From Lama guanicoe (taxonomy: Eukaryota), in NCBI GenBank assembly GCA_013239625.1, contig MU053083.1:124001-188000 (forward strand): a DNA stretch of 64,000 nt. Reading direction: 5' to 3'. Shown piece after piece: positions 24,648 through 39,600 of the stretch; within the stretch, counting starts at the first letter, position 1; the number at the start of each line of letters is the position of its first letter. The notes below the pieces were generated by a model. The model saw only the letters and a program-made list of their open reading frames with translations. It was not told the DNA's origin and did no database searches. Both the position numbers and the translations under genes were made by a program.

Positions 24648-27600
24648 GTGAGCGCCGTGCCCCCGCCTCTCTCGCCCCTTGTGGGAGTCAGGGGGTCTCC
24701 TCTGCAGTAAAGGGGACTTGACAAAAACCTGACCCGAAAGTATTGTTTGGGTTCAAGGGAAAACACGGCGCTTTGCTTGCTTCTGACCTTGAGGGTCACT
24801 CCCCCTCTTCGCGCTGTAGTGACCCCCCCCCCCGGTTCGAATTCGGCTTAGGGGAAGACTGGGGCGGCGCCATAAGCACTAGGCGGCCTAGGGCGGAGGG
24901 GTGCTCACAGAGGAGCCCGGGCCCTCAGACTTGGTCACGGGGTGAGCAGGGCTTGGGAGGAAGAGTGGATGTTCTCTTGGGGTCGCCAGGGAATTTGTGC
25001 CCGAGGGACCAGCCCCTCCCCGAAACCTGGTGGCGTTCTATTGGTGGAGGTTCTATTGGCCTTAATCCCTCTCCCTTTCTCTCCTTCGAGTGACTCCAGA
25101 AAAGTCACTGCGTACATAAATTCTTCGGTTATTAACTTTTTAAAAAACTATGTAAACTGCCTTTTCACAACAAATGGTCACAGTCAATGGAATTTTACTT
25201 TAAAGGATGTGAAGTAAACTCTCACATCCTTAAAGCTTAAGAAAGCTCATAAAAAAATGTGTCCTTTGAAGAACCTTCAGATGGAACACTGTATCAAGGC
25301 CCTGGGGTAGGAAGACACTTCGCAGGATCTAAGAACCAACATTCTGGTGGCCCCGGGCACTGTGGGCTCTGTGGGCTCTGTGAAGGAGGTGGAGTTTTAT
25401 TCTAAATTCAGAAGAAAGCATTCTCCTACCTTGAAGTAGAATGACAGGATCTGGTTTTCAGTCCGCCTCGATTTCCACAGGGCTGTCAGGCTTCCTGCAT
25501 AGCAAGGAGGAGAATTTAAGACCATTTAAGGATCTCTGGGAAAGGCTCAGGCAACATCATAACATGGTTTTGACTCGAGTTGGGGGCAGTGGAGTTGGGG
25601 AAAGGGGGGGAAGGATGATTTGAGAATGAATTTGACAGAACTTGGGGATAGGCTGCATGTGGCAGGTCAATGAGAAGAAAATGTCAAGAATATCTTCAGG
25701 AATAAAATAATGCCATTTGCATGGATGGACCTGGAGATCATCATTCTAAGTGAGGCCAGAAAGAGAAAGAAAAATGCCATATATCACTCATACATGAAAT
25801 CTAAAAACAAACCAAAAAAAAGACAAGACAAATGAACTTATTTGCAAAACAGAAACAGACTCACAGACATGGGAAAAAAACTTATGGTTACCAGGAGGGA
25901 AGGGAGTCAGAAGGGATAAATTGGGAGTTTGAGCTTTGCAGATACTAACTACTATATATAAAATAGATATACAACAAGTTTCTTCTATATAGCACTGGGA
26001 ACTATATTCAATACCTTGTAGTAACCTATAATGAAAAAGAAGACGAAAACAAATATATTTATGTTTATGTATGACTGAAACAGTATGCTGTACACCAGAA
26101 ATTCACAACACTATAAACTAACTATACTTCAATAAAAAAAAAAAAAAGACGACGACTTCAGGTTTCTGGTTTGAGGAATTGTGTTCCTGGTGGTACTACT
26201 TACAGAGTGAGGAAGACTGGGGAAAGAATCAGTTTGGAAAAGAAGATTGAGGTGCTCAAAGTGGAGATGTCAGGTAGGCAGTTGGTTAGGGGAGTCAGGA
26301 GCTCAGAAGAGCCAAAGTGACATGTGAACAGTTCAAGTGAAAAACAGATACTCTGAGACTGTACTATATCCAGTTTCCTACAATTGGATTTGTCACTGCT
26401 CTTTCCAACTCTAATAAAGCAGCATATTCATTTTTTAGATGCATTATTCAGAAAACCCATATCATTTAAAAGCTGCTTTGTAATGAGCTATCTTGAAAAA
26501 GATACAATATTTTTTATTGATTTCTCTGTTTAGTATTTTATCAGTGGTTCTTACCACTTTCTTTTAATACAGACCTCTTAGAAAATTTGATGAAAACTGT
26601 ATCCAGTAAGGGAAAAGAAAGTACACCAACACCTGCACAAAATTTATAAATTTGGGAGACCTTTTACTATGGTGTTAGAGCTAGTGACTTAGCCATTTCC
26701 CTGTTTTATAGATGAGGACAGTCATGTCCAGAAAGATAAAATGGCTTGTCTATAATGGTAGTTAGTCTTGATTGTTACTGTTAGCTAGAATACGTTGCAG
26801 ATACACACCTCTCTCATGTAGCATACCAGGTGTTTGCGGGACTCCTGGGTAAGATTGTTGTAGGGAAAAGGACACATTTAATTGGGAGCATAATTGACTC
26901 TGGTGAAGATTGTCATTAATTTATCAGATTTCTGACTCCAAGAAGAACCAATCCCCCAGTGTCTTATTAGCACCCATCCCAGAGCTTGGTAGGAGGGTTC
27001 CGCCCAACAAGTGTTAGTTCTCTTCACTGCTCCTTAGCTTTGCTGGGAACATTTGTGTATCTGTGTATCCTTTCAAGTCAGGTAAGGGGAGAGGGTGCTG
27101 CAAAATTAATCCTGAAAGGGAAGTAGATACAAAAGTAGCAGTTTTCCTTACTTTGCCTTGGTTGCTGTCTGCAACTGCTCTAGTTCAAGTGAGTAAATAC
27201 TTAACCTAAAAATGTGCCAGAAGGGAAAGCAGAATTCGTTTCTCTACCAGTATTATTTTTACTCTGTGGTCACATGTCCCCTTGCCTGGCCCTTGCATTT
27301 CTGCAACACTGTGCTCTGGATTTGTCTTTTCACTCTGTTTCAGTTTTTAGACATCTGGCTTCTGAATTTTCAGAGCTTTTTAAAAGACGCATCATTTCAG
27401 TTTGGTGTTAACGACTGTTGAGTTTTAAACCTTTTACCATACATATAAAATTGACATCAGATCAAATAATTATTGCCATGTTTGAGATGCCACTTTATGA
27501 AATTACAAGAAAAAATCCTTTAAATTTTCTGGACTTCGTAACTGCACATCCCAGATTATTTTTAAAAATACACTTAATAGCATTTCCCCCATTTAAAATA

Positions 27601-30600
27601 ATTGCATTCACTCAGTGTTAGCCTCGCTCATGCTGAGCTTTCACAGTCTGGGAGCACTGGGCAAGCAGACATGCTGTGAGAGGGGACCTTACTGGTTTTG
27701 CTTTCATTTTCACACACTCACTTTTGTAGGTCTCTCACGTTTCACTGTTAGCACTTCCCACACAAAAATGCTTACTTAGACTATGAAGTACCAGGAAGAA
27801 ACTCATGAAAGGAAATTTCTGGAGCAGCAAATGAAGTCAGCCTTCATTGTTTCTGAGAAGCCGGTGTTCATTCGAATCATTTCCACGTGTGCCATGTGTC
27901 CTTTTTTTCCTAGCTTTTGAGATTTTCATTTTATCTTTAGTTTTGAGAAGTTTGGTAGTGATGTGCCAAGGTGAGTGAGAGTGTGTGTGTATTTTGCATT
28001 TATTCTGTTTTGGGTTTACAGAGCTCAAATCTGTAAATCTGTGTTTTAGGTTTATAGAAAACTGAACAGAAAGAGCATTTCCATATACTTCCTTACCTCA
28101 CCTCATTTTCTCATTATTAATACCTTGCATTTATGTGGTACATTTGTTAACAATTGATGAGCCAGGACTGATACATTATTTTTAACTAAAGTCCGTAGCT
28201 TTACATTACAGTTCACGCTTTGTGTTGATAGGTTTTGACAATGAATAACGACATGGACCTACCACTGTAGTATTGCAAAGCGTAGTTTCACTGCCTGAAA
28301 TTCCCCTGTGCTCTGCCTATTCATTTCTCCTTCCCCACCACCCCAACCCCTGGCAACCACTGATCTTTTTACTGCCTCCATTATTTTGCCTTTTCTAGAT
28401 GTCATACAGTTGGAATCATACAGTGTGTAGCCTTTTCAGATTGGCTTCTTTCACTGGGAACATGCATTTAAGTTTTCTTCATGTCTCTTCATGACCTGAT
28501 AGCTCATTTCTTTTTAGTGCTGAATAATATTCCATTGTGTGGATGTACCACAGTTTATACATTCACCTACTGAAGGACATACTGGCTGCTTCCAGGTTTT
28601 GGCCATTAAGAATAAAGCTGCTATACACATTTGTGTGCAGGTTTTTGTGTGGACATAAGTTTTCAACTCATTTGGAGAAATACAGAGGAGGGTGGTTACT
28701 GGATCACATGGGTAGAATATGTTTAGTTTTGGAAGAAACTGCCACACTGTCTTCCAAAGTGCCTATACCATTTTGCATTCCCAGAAGCAGGGGATGAGTT
28801 TCTATTGCTCCACATCCTCACCAGCATTTGGTGTTACCAGTGTTTGGACTTTTAGCCATTCTAATAGGTGTGAGGTGGCATTTCATTGTTTTAATTTGCA
28901 GTTACATAATGACATATGATGTCAAGCATCTTTTCATTTGCAATTTGTGTATCATTTTTGGTGAGATGTCTGTTCAGATTTTTTATTCATTTTTTAACTC
29001 AGTTGTTTGTTTTCTTATTGAGTTTAAAAAGTTCTTTGTATTTTTTGGATACCAGTTCTTTATCAGATAAGTATTTCGCAAATATTTTTTCGCAGCCTGT
29101 GGTTTGTCTTTTTGTTCTTTTAATAGTGTCTTTTGAAGAGAAGTTTTCAGTTTTAATAAGGCCCCAGTTTTTCTTTCATGGATTGTGCTTTTGGTGTTGT
29201 ATCTAAAAAGTTACCACCAAGCCAGAGGTCACCTAGATTTTCTCCTTTGGTATGTTCTAGTTTTATAGTTTTGCATTTTATATTTAAGTGTATGATCCAA
29301 TTTGAGCTAAGTTTTATGAAAGGTATAAGGTCTGTCCAGTTTTTTGCATTTTTTTTGTTATTTTTGCATGTAGTGATCCAGTTGTCCCAGCACCATTTGT
29401 TGAAAAGATTGTCCTTTCTGCACTTTGTTCCTTTATCAGACTTTGAGGTTCTACCCATGTTTTTTTTTTTTGTTTTCCCTCTGTTCTTTAGATTGGGTAA
29501 TGTCTGTTAATCTATGTCAAAGTCACTGAATCTTACACCTTTCATTTCCATTCTGCTATCATACGCATTTAGTGTATATTTCACTTCAGATATTTTTTAG
29601 GGTAGGTTTAATTTGTTCCATAGAAAGAGATCACTAACATAAACAGGAGAATTGTACTTAGATACAAATAGTAGTATAATGTTTGATGGTCTCAATTACA
29701 GGTTAATATCTGGGCACAAACCAATGTTAAAAGTCCCATAGTTTCTTGGCAATCTGTGGAAATGTGTGCTCGGATTCTCTTTGGGAGAATTAGTGTATGC
29801 AAAGCATCGAGCATCAAGTCCATCATACAGAAAGTACCCCCTATGTTAACTGTAACATTTATCTTGCAGAGTTGTTGGGAAGGTGAGATATTATATGAGA
29901 AGTGATGAAGTGTCTAGAACTTAGTAGGTGCCTACTACAGTAGTGATGAACTGCTGTAATCAATGTTGCTTACCACCATGCAGGCTTTGCACTTTGTTAA
30001 CTCTAGTGGGTGCCACTCACATCACAGTCATTGTAGGTTCATTACTGCACAAGGACACCAACTGAGCTAATAGTTACACTGCAAATTTATAGGCTTTGTT
30101 TGCATTAATAGGTGTATAGAGAACTCCCCTGTATCCTTTGTGGTTAGGTCACATGTAGGAAACTTTTTTATATTCTCACTGACACATTATAAGAGGATAT
30201 TAGCAAACTAGAGTGTCTTCAGAGGAAAACAACCAGAATTAATGTTAAGTAGAGAACTGTTGAGAGAACGCTTGTTATATATTGGGGAAAGAGTTATTAT
30301 TAGGTCTGGGGAATTTTACAGGTTAGCTGGCTCCAGATACTGGAGGGGCTGCCCATGATAAAGGTGATTTTGCCCATTTTATTTTAAGAGTAAAAGGTAA
30401 CAGTACAAGATAATAGTTCAAGTTCAATGTCAAGTTTGACATTTGTCATTTGAGTCATCCAATGACTCCAGAAGCAATGGTGTACATAATTCAAATTCAA
30501 AGCAGCTATATTCTAGAAACTATATCTGACTTTGGGACACATTAGGATTGAAGACTAGAACTGGTGGGTGGAAGACTTGGTAAGCTGAGCCAGCTCAGTA

Positions 30601-33600
30601 TGAGAAAAAAGTCATTAGTTTGTATTATCGGTTCATGGGCACACTGCTTCACACAATGGAGTATGCCTCCTTACTGGAAGTTTGCTAGCAGAGGTTAGAA
30701 AGGAACTCTTGTCACACTTACAGAGTGAGTGGTTGGCCTCAACCAGCCTTAAGGGACCTTCTAGTTGGGAGATTCTTTGATTCTATGACTAGGCAACATC
30801 CTCCAGCAAATAGAAGAAGCATTTCAGTTTTAAACAAATATTTCTAGCATTGTAAACCATCAGAGGACAAGAATGTTGTCTAACCAAAATGGATTTACAT
30901 CATGCCATGCAGTGCGGTTTCTGGGGCCAGCACGTCGGTGTTGATCAACATGACAGCTCTTCAAACTGCTTCTATGAGTGCGACCCATTCTGTGTATTAT
31001 TATGTGACAAAGATTTTCTGGTATCTAATTGTACTTTACAATAAGATTCACAGTGAAATTATTTAAAACAAGTTAGGAACACTGACTAACCTGTACTTGC
31101 TTGTGAATCTCCTCATCGCAATAGGTGTGTTCATTGTTGCTGCTAAGCGGACACCCTTTGGAGCTTATGGAGGTCTTCTGAAAGACTTCACAGCTACTGA
31201 CTTGGCTGAATTTGCTGCTAGGGCTGCCTTGTCTGCTGGCAAAGTCTCGCCTGAAACTGTTGACAGTGTCATTGTAGGCAATGTAATACAGGTTAGTATA
31301 GCACAAGGGAGGTATTCACACCTGTTGTTTTCTTTTATCCGTTTCTAAAAATAATTCCTTTGACATGTCATAATGCTGTACTAGTCAATAACAGTTAAAG
31401 GTATTTATAATGTGAGCAGTCCTCTGACTTCAGAAGCAATGGCATATATAATTCAAAAGAGCATATATTTGGAAACTATATATATGACTGAGATATATCT
31501 GAGACTTGGAATATATTTTATTGCTTTTCAAATAGCAGATTAACTTTCTTGAGTTATTTGAAGTTAATTGATTCTCTCTGGTGCCACCTAAGGAGGGTAG
31601 CAAACCCAAGCCAATGCAACACCTCCCCCATAATTTATAACACACAGCAATGATCAATGTTTGTTATAAGAAACAAGAAGCTCCTTTACCCTCTACCTTG
31701 CTATGTATGGTGTACAAAACAGATCATTCATTTGCAGGTAACAGAAAGCTGAATATTCATTATTTATTATATTCATACACACTTTGAGTGTGGCCAAGAG
31801 ATGGGGTCTCTCTTATTCCTCCCAGCTCTCATTGGTGGGAAGAAGGCTTTGCCACTGAGAGTACTGGGGCCCTAATCACCATCCTCCTGGCTCGTAAGGT
31901 GGTTCCAGACTGGGTGAGGCAGGTGGGGAAGACCTGAAGCTGCTGCCACTGCTCCATGGAGTACGCTCAGCTCTTAGAGCTGGAATAAGGCTTGGAAAGA
32001 GGTGCACACTTGCCCCCTGTAAGTGATGCTGTTTTGAACATCATGTACAAGTTTTTGTATGGACCTAGGTTTTTATTTCTCTTGGGTATGTACCTACAAG
32101 TGGATTGCTAGGCTATATGGTATCTCTACGTTTAATTGCTTCAGGAACATTCAGACTGTTTTCCAAAGCTGCTGAAACTTTTTTTTTTTTAACCTACAAT
32201 GTATGAGGATTCCAGTTTCTCCACATCCTTGTCAACACTTGTTATTGTCTATCTTTTTATTACAGCCATCCTAGTGGATGTGACGTAATGTCTCATTGCG
32301 GTTTTAATTTGCCTTTCCCTGCTGACTGATGATGTTGAACATCATTTCCTGTGCTCTTGCCGTTTCTGTATCTTCCTTGGAGGAATGTCTAATTCATACC
32401 CTTGTCTCATTTTTTAATTGGGCTATTTGTCTTTTTATTATTAAGTCATAAGAATTCTTTATATATTCTGATACAAGTCCCTTATCAGATATATGATTTG
32501 CAAATTTTTTTTCTGTTCTTCATTATCTTTTCGTTTCTTAGTAGTGTCCCTTGGAGTGTGAAAATTTTAAATTTTGATGAAGCCCAATTTCAGTTGTTGT
32601 TGCTCATGCTTTTGATGTCATTATCTAAGAATCCATTTCCGAATCTAAGGTCATGAAGATTTATCCCTGTATTTTCTTCTAAGTTTTATAGTTTTAGCTC
32701 TTACATTTATATTTGATTTATTTTGATTTAATTTTTGTATCTGTTTTGAGGTACAGGTCCCAACTTCATTCTCTTGCATGTGCCTGGCTACACAGTTGTT
32801 CTAGCACCATTTGTTGAAAAGACTGTTCTTTTTCCCATTGAATGGTCTTGGCACTGTTAACTGAAAATCAGTTGACCACTGACGCATGGTTTTCTTTTTG
32901 GACTCCCAGTTCTGTTCCATTGATCTGTATGTCTGTCCTTTTATGTCAGTTCCACACTGTCTTGATTATCATTGCTTCACAGTAAGTTTTGAAACCAACA
33001 AATGTGAGTCCTCCTGCTTAGTTGTTCTTTTTCAGAATTGCTTTGGCTCTTCTGGGTCTCCTGCAAGTCAATATGAATTTTCAAATTTGTTTTTCCATTT
33101 CTTTTTGTTTGTTTGTTTTTGTTTGTTTTTCCATTTCTATAAAGAAGTTAGCTGAGATGGAGATCTTTAGATAAACCAAAGCTCACACTGCTAATGAATG
33201 ACAGAGTCTAGATTCTAATTCAAATATCCTAAATCGTAGCCTAATATTTTTTCCATTACCTTGGATTCCTGCTTGATTTTATAAAACACCTGTTTTACCA
33301 ATCTGGTAAATTAGAGAATATTCTAAGAGAAAAAAACTCTAGCAAAAGAATATCTGTAGAGCAACAATCTTTTTCATGACATTAATTTATAAAGTAAGAT
33401 TATTTCATCCCAATCAATAAATGAAACATTCAGTCAATGGACTAATTGTTGTTATGCTGAGCTTCCATCTTCATTCAAAACCCCTAACCTATAGATGTGC
33501 TGAATGTGTTGAATTTTATTTTGAGAGAGTTCAAACGTAGTCAAAAGTTAAAATAGGACAATGAACACTCTAAAGTTACTTTGATGGACCAATTCTTTAC

Positions 33601-36600
33601 ATTTTGTCAAATGTGCTTTAGCTGTCTCTGCAATAAAAATGGTTGTTATTATTGTCAAAAAGGAAAAAAAGTCATTGTATCCCTTCCTACTCAAAGTATG
33701 GTCCTTGGACCAGCAACACTGGCCTCCCAGGGCAGTGGTTAGTGATGCACAATCTCAGGCAGTACTAGACCTGCTGATTGAGAACCTACATTTTAACAAG
33801 AGGCCCCAGAGTGCATTTTAAAGTTTGGGAAACAGTGGTCTAGTCCCACCTCTTATCCTCCTGACCATTATTCATCGCTCCCCTTCCTAGGTCAGCTGGT
33901 CTCAGCCATGGTTTCATGTTACTGTCACCTGGGTGCTATTAAAAGTAACTACTGATGCCCGTGGCCCACCTCCAGCCTTTCTGGTTTAATTGGTTTGGTT
34001 AGAAGCTTGAGCATCAGTATGTTAATAAAGCCTCTCCAGTTATTCCAGTGTGCAGCAAAGGCTGAGAACTACATCCTTGAATACTTCCTCTGTTAAAGAA
34101 CATACTACTTTCAGATAACCTATTCCATTCTCAGACAGCTCTAATTGTTATAAGTTCCTGTTTTCTACTGAAGATTTAATAGAAGGATTTCTCATACTTA
34201 GTATGTTTAAAAACCAGTCGACCAAAGTACAGGTTTTATTCCAATCATTAACACATATAAACTATGCTGAACCTACATGCATTGTGTCTTACCTTAGAGC
34301 CATACAGTGTGTAATTTTTGAAAAATTGTGAACATTTTAATATATTTTGTCCTTCTCCTTAGTTCCAAGATTTAAACAGGAAATTCTTTCTTCCCCCTTC
34401 TATTCCCAGAATTCTCCAGATGCTATATACTTGGCAAGACATGTTGGTTTGCGTGTGGGAATCCCCAAAGAGGTCCCAGCTCTCACTGTTAACAGGCTCT
34501 GTGGCTCTGGTTTTCAGTCCATTGTTAGTGGATGCCAGGTATGGACAATATTTTAATTCTCTGAACATATTAATAGTTATTAGGGGAAGTGCCTACTTCA
34601 ATATAACACTGTAGGTTTTTATTCCATAGTACTTATTAGGAGAGGTCAGTATTTGTTTTTTCTTGGAAGAATATTCATAGATAGAAAACAGTTCTTAAGA
34701 GCTAGTAATGGACTCTGAAGACATTATGCTAAACGGAATAAGCCTACCACAAAAGGACAAGTACTGTATGATTCCACTTATATGAGGTCCCTAGAGTGGT
34801 CAGATCCATAGAGGCAGAAAGGAGAACAGGAGTTGCTGGGGCTCAGAGGGAGGAGAGAATGGAAAGTTAGTGTTTATTGGGTTTACGGGCTTTCAGTTTG
34901 GACGTTGAAAAGACTTCTGGAGATGGATGGTTGTTGGGTGTAACAGTGTGAATGTACTTAATGACGTGTACACTTAAAATTGGTTAAAATGGTAAATTTT
35001 ATATTGTGTGTATTTTATCACAGTTTTTTTTTTAAAGCTAGTCATGACTGTCATTTTTATTGAGGGCTTCCTACTTGTGGGGCACTGCTAGATTTACATC
35101 CACGATCTATCTCACTTAATCTACACAACTGGACCATGAGGCAAGAACTATTATTATTCCCATTTACAGGCAAGGAAACTGATTATTAAAGGCATTAAGG
35201 TTACTAAGTTGTAGAGGCAGAATTTGAACCCACGTGTGCAAGAGTTCCCGGAAAGGCAGTTTGAAACCCTGAATAAAGACTATAAGGTGAGAAAGGGAGA
35301 ATTTAGGGGCTGATAAGAAACATATTCTATTACAAAGGAACTGAATGATACTATTGGTAGAAGTATGATCTCTTCAGAGGATAGTTGGGCAAATACGTTT
35401 GTTCCCTTGAGCAGAGGGAAAAGGGATACAGCGAAATCCAGTTTGTCAAAGTCTTCATGTTATGACAAAGTAAAAGACAAGGCCTATTGTAATGAATAAA
35501 TTACTTTCACATGAATTTATTTCTTTAAGAATATATCTTAGGTATTGACTCTGATTTTCCTAGTGAACATTTTAAACATCAGGCTCAGTCGTTATTTGGT
35601 GTTTTTCTGAGAAATGCAAATAGCAGAAAAAGTTGGAAGAATGAAATAAGTTCCTTTTCCTGAGTTCCCTAGGTTAACCTAGTTATACATCTGTGGTCTA
35701 CTTCAGATTCATCCATTAATAGGGTAAATTTTATTTTTCCCTTTTTAAAGGATTTATTCTTTATTCTCTGCTGGCAATCTTCACATTTATGCCAGACATT
35801 AGTATCTCTGCTAATTTTCAAGGTTTGTATTGAGTTAAGAATTACCATTCCTTGTCAAAAAATAGGTAGGAATAGGAAAAATAGGTTACTTCTGCACAAG
35901 TGACTGAAGTCTTTCTGTTCACCTTTTTTCCCCTTGTGTCTTGGCAATGGGATATCTTAGCATTTGCTTTGTGATTATTTTAAAAATATTTCCCTTTGAG
36001 ACACTGTAATTTGAAAATTTTTATTGTAAATGAGGATAAGTTACTTACTAGATTTACTGCTTAATACATAAATACTTTTTAATACATACTTCTGTCATAG
36101 TAAAAGGGTTTTGTTGTTGTTCATTTGTTTTTAAATAGGACATTTGTGTTAAAGATGCTGAAGTTGTCTTGTGTGGAGGAACTGAAAGCATGAGCCAGGC
36201 TCCCTTCTTTGTCAGAAATATTCGTTTTGGAACCAAGTTTGGATCAGATGTCAAGGTTGGAACCATAAACATATTTGTTTTTCTGTTTGTTTTGAGGGGA
36301 GAGGTTTTTTGTTTTGTTTTGTTTTTTAATTTTTTCTAGTGGAGGTGCTGGGGATTGAACTCAGGACCTTGTGCATGCTAGGCACGCACTCTACCACTAA
36401 ACTATACCCTCTCCCTCTGGAACCATTAACATTAAAAAAAAATTATTTCTCATGCTATTATACTAATAATTTAAATAACACCATTTTAGGGGAGAGAAAA
36501 AATTTTAAACCACGAAATTAACAAAATAATGAGTGATTTGAAATTTGTAAACCATTTCATAGTTGTTAATTTTAACATTTTAACTCACATAAAATTAGAC

Positions 36601-39600
36601 TTTTATCTCAGGACACCTCTGATAGTGGAATTAACACCTGGGAAGATGGAGGAGGAGAAGGAATGGATTAAGAAGATAGGTAAAGGTTATGCAGATGACG
36701 TGATACTATATATAGGAAGTTCTCCACACAAGAACTACTAGAACTGATAAAAGAATTCAGCAAGGTAGCAGGATACAAGATTAACATATACAGATCAGTT
36801 ACATTTCTTTACACTTACAATGAATTAGCAGGAAAAGAAAGTTAAAGAAACAATCTCTTTTAAAATCACATCCAAAACAATAAAATACTTAGGAATAAAT
36901 CTGACCAAGGAGGTGAAAGACTTATACATGGAGAACTACAAACCATTGATTAAGGAAATTAAAGATGACTTAAAGAAATGGAAAATATCCCATGCTCTTG
37001 GATTAGAAGAATCAATATTGTTAAAATGGCCATAACTGCCCAAGGCAATCTACAGATTTAATGGGATCCCTATCAAATTACCCATGACATTTTTCACAGA
37101 ACTAGAACAAACAATCCTAAAATTTATATGGAATCACAGAAGACCCACAATTGCCAAAGCAATATTGAAGAAAAAGAACAAAGCTGGAGGAATAACCTTC
37201 CCAGACTTCAGATAATACTACACAGCTACAGTAATCAAAACAGTGTGGTATTGGCATAAAAACAGATATATAGATCAATGGAACAGAATACAGAGTCCAG
37301 AAATAAACCCACAGACCTAAGGTCAATTAGTCTTCAACAAAGGAGGCAAAAATATACAATGAAGAAAAGACAGTCTCTTCAGCAAGTGGTGTTGGGGAAA
37401 CTGGACAGCAGCATGTAGAACACTAACTCCATACACAAAAATAAACTCAAAATGGCTTACAGACTTAAATATAAGACAAAACATGATAAATCTCCTAGAA
37501 GAAAACATAGGCAAAACATTCTCTGACATAAATCTTAGCAATGTTCTGCTAGGGCAGTCTGCCCAGGCAATAGAAATAAGAGCAAAAATAAACAAACGGG
37601 ACCTAATTAAACTTATAACCTTTTGTGCAGCAAAGGAAATCATAAGCAAAATGAAACAACAACCTATGGGATGGGAGAAAATATTTGCAAATGATGTGAC
37701 TGACAAAGGCTTAATTTCCAGAGTCTGTAAACAACTGATATAACTTAATAAGAGAAAAACAAACAACCCAATCCAAAAATGAGCAGAAGACCTAAACAAG
37801 CAAGTCTCCCATGAAGACATACGAATGGCCAATAGCCACATGAAAGAATGCTCAGTATCACTAATTATCAGAGAAATGCAAATCAAAACTACAATGAGGT
37901 ATCACCTCACACCAGTCAGAGTGGCCATCATTCAAAAGTCCACAACGATAAATGCTGGAGAGGGTGTGGAGAAAAGGGAACCCTCCTACACTGCTGTGGG
38001 GAATATAGTTGGTGCAGCCATTATGGAAAACAATATGGGGAGTTCTCAAAAAACTAAAAATAGACTTACCATATGATCCAGCAGTCCCACTTCTGGGCAT
38101 ATGTCTGGAGGGAACTTTAATGCAAAAAGATACATACACCACAATGTTCATAGCAGCACTACATACAGTAGCCAAGACATGGAAACAACCTAAATATCCA
38201 TCAACAGATCACTAGATAAAGAAGCTGTGGTATATTTATACAATGAAATACTACTCAGCCATAAAAAAGAATAAAACAATGCCATTTGCAGCAGCATGGA
38301 TGGACCTAGGGACTGTCATTCTAAGTGAAGTCAGCCAGAAAGAGAAAAAAAATTGCATATGATATCACTTATATGTGGAATCTAAAAAAAGAAATAAAAA
38401 GGACATTATGAACTCATCTACAAAACAGAAACAGACATGCAGACATAGTAAACAATCTTATGGTTACTGGGGAAAGGGGCTGGGAAGGAATAGGTTTGGA
38501 GTTTCAGATTTACAAATGTTAGCCACTATATACAAAAATAGATTTTAAAAAGTTTCTGCTGTATAGCACAGAGAACTACGTTCAATATCTTGTAATAAAC
38601 TTTAATGAAAAAGAATATGAAAGCGAATATATGTATGTATATGCATGACTGGGACATTGTGCCGTACACCAGAAATTGACACATTGTAACTGACAGTACT
38701 TCAATTAAAAATAAATAAATAAATAAAATTAAAAGATAGGTGGGGGAGGGTATAGCTCAAATGGTAGAGTGCATGCTTAGCATGCAGAAGGCCCTGGGTT
38801 CAATCCCCAGTACCTCCTCTAAAAATACATAAACCTAATTACCTCCCCCAACCCGCCAAAATAAAATAATTAAATAATACAATAATAAATAAATAAAATA
38901 TACTTATAAAAAATAAATAAAAGATAGGTAAAGGTTGAATGAACCTCCCTACTGAATAATTGGTAAATCAAATAATTAAATTTTTACCATGATGTATTGA
39001 AGTTTCATTTCTGGAGCACTCTCCATTGAATAGATTTCTTGTTTACCAAGGAAACATTCTCTTTGAATATAGATTATAGTGCCCCAAGTCAGTCAGATAA
39101 AAGATGATCCTTTGAGAACTGCCTGAGAGTGATAGTTCTGATAAAGGATACTACGCCATCCTTCCCACGTGAAAGGGCTAATGACGTTTTATATTCTTAG
39201 GATTTACCAGTTGTAATGATTGATTTATCCTGTTCACCCAGTTTCTCATCTGGCCTTTGTGAAAGTTGAAAGGAATAAGACTTAGAAAATATGAGATAGT
39301 ATTTATGATATACATTTGAGAAGACCTTTGGGAAGACAAGTCAGTGACTCAAAAGGTGATGGGGCAGTCTAGAAGAAATAGGTAGGGTGCACTTATCAGA
39401 GACTTATTGGATAACAAATACTGTTACTTAGGGAGTAAGGCTCTTTTCAACCTCATAGTAACTAATAGAACCAACTGTTCCTACCACTGAAAGCATCAGA
39501 TGGAAAAAGGGCACAGCTGTACTCTTTCCTAGGGAGCTTGTAACTGCCTTACAAAGGTGGCTGCAGGGAAACAGTGCCTGAGGACTCAGCGTGAGATTTT

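Larger units (their letters stand above)
23600..25050. promoter_or_regulatory. CpG island / bidirectional promoter of SCARNA17 and ACAA2
   Basis: Dense CpG; CCAAT 24138-24142, ETS CTTCCGG 24177-24183, multiple GC boxes (24182-24195, 24532-24540, 24583-24590). Confidence 0.9.

Noticed and set aside
29880..30010. Possible intronic box C/D snoRNA (GTGATGA twice)
   Set aside because: No CTGA D box at suitable distance and no terminal stem
37323..37886. 187-aa hydrophobic ORF
   Set aside because: Typical antisense reading of L1 ORF2
38742..38820. tRNA gene-like sequence (also minus 36340-36417)
   Set aside because: A-rich tail and TSDs, no proper acceptor stem: SINE copies
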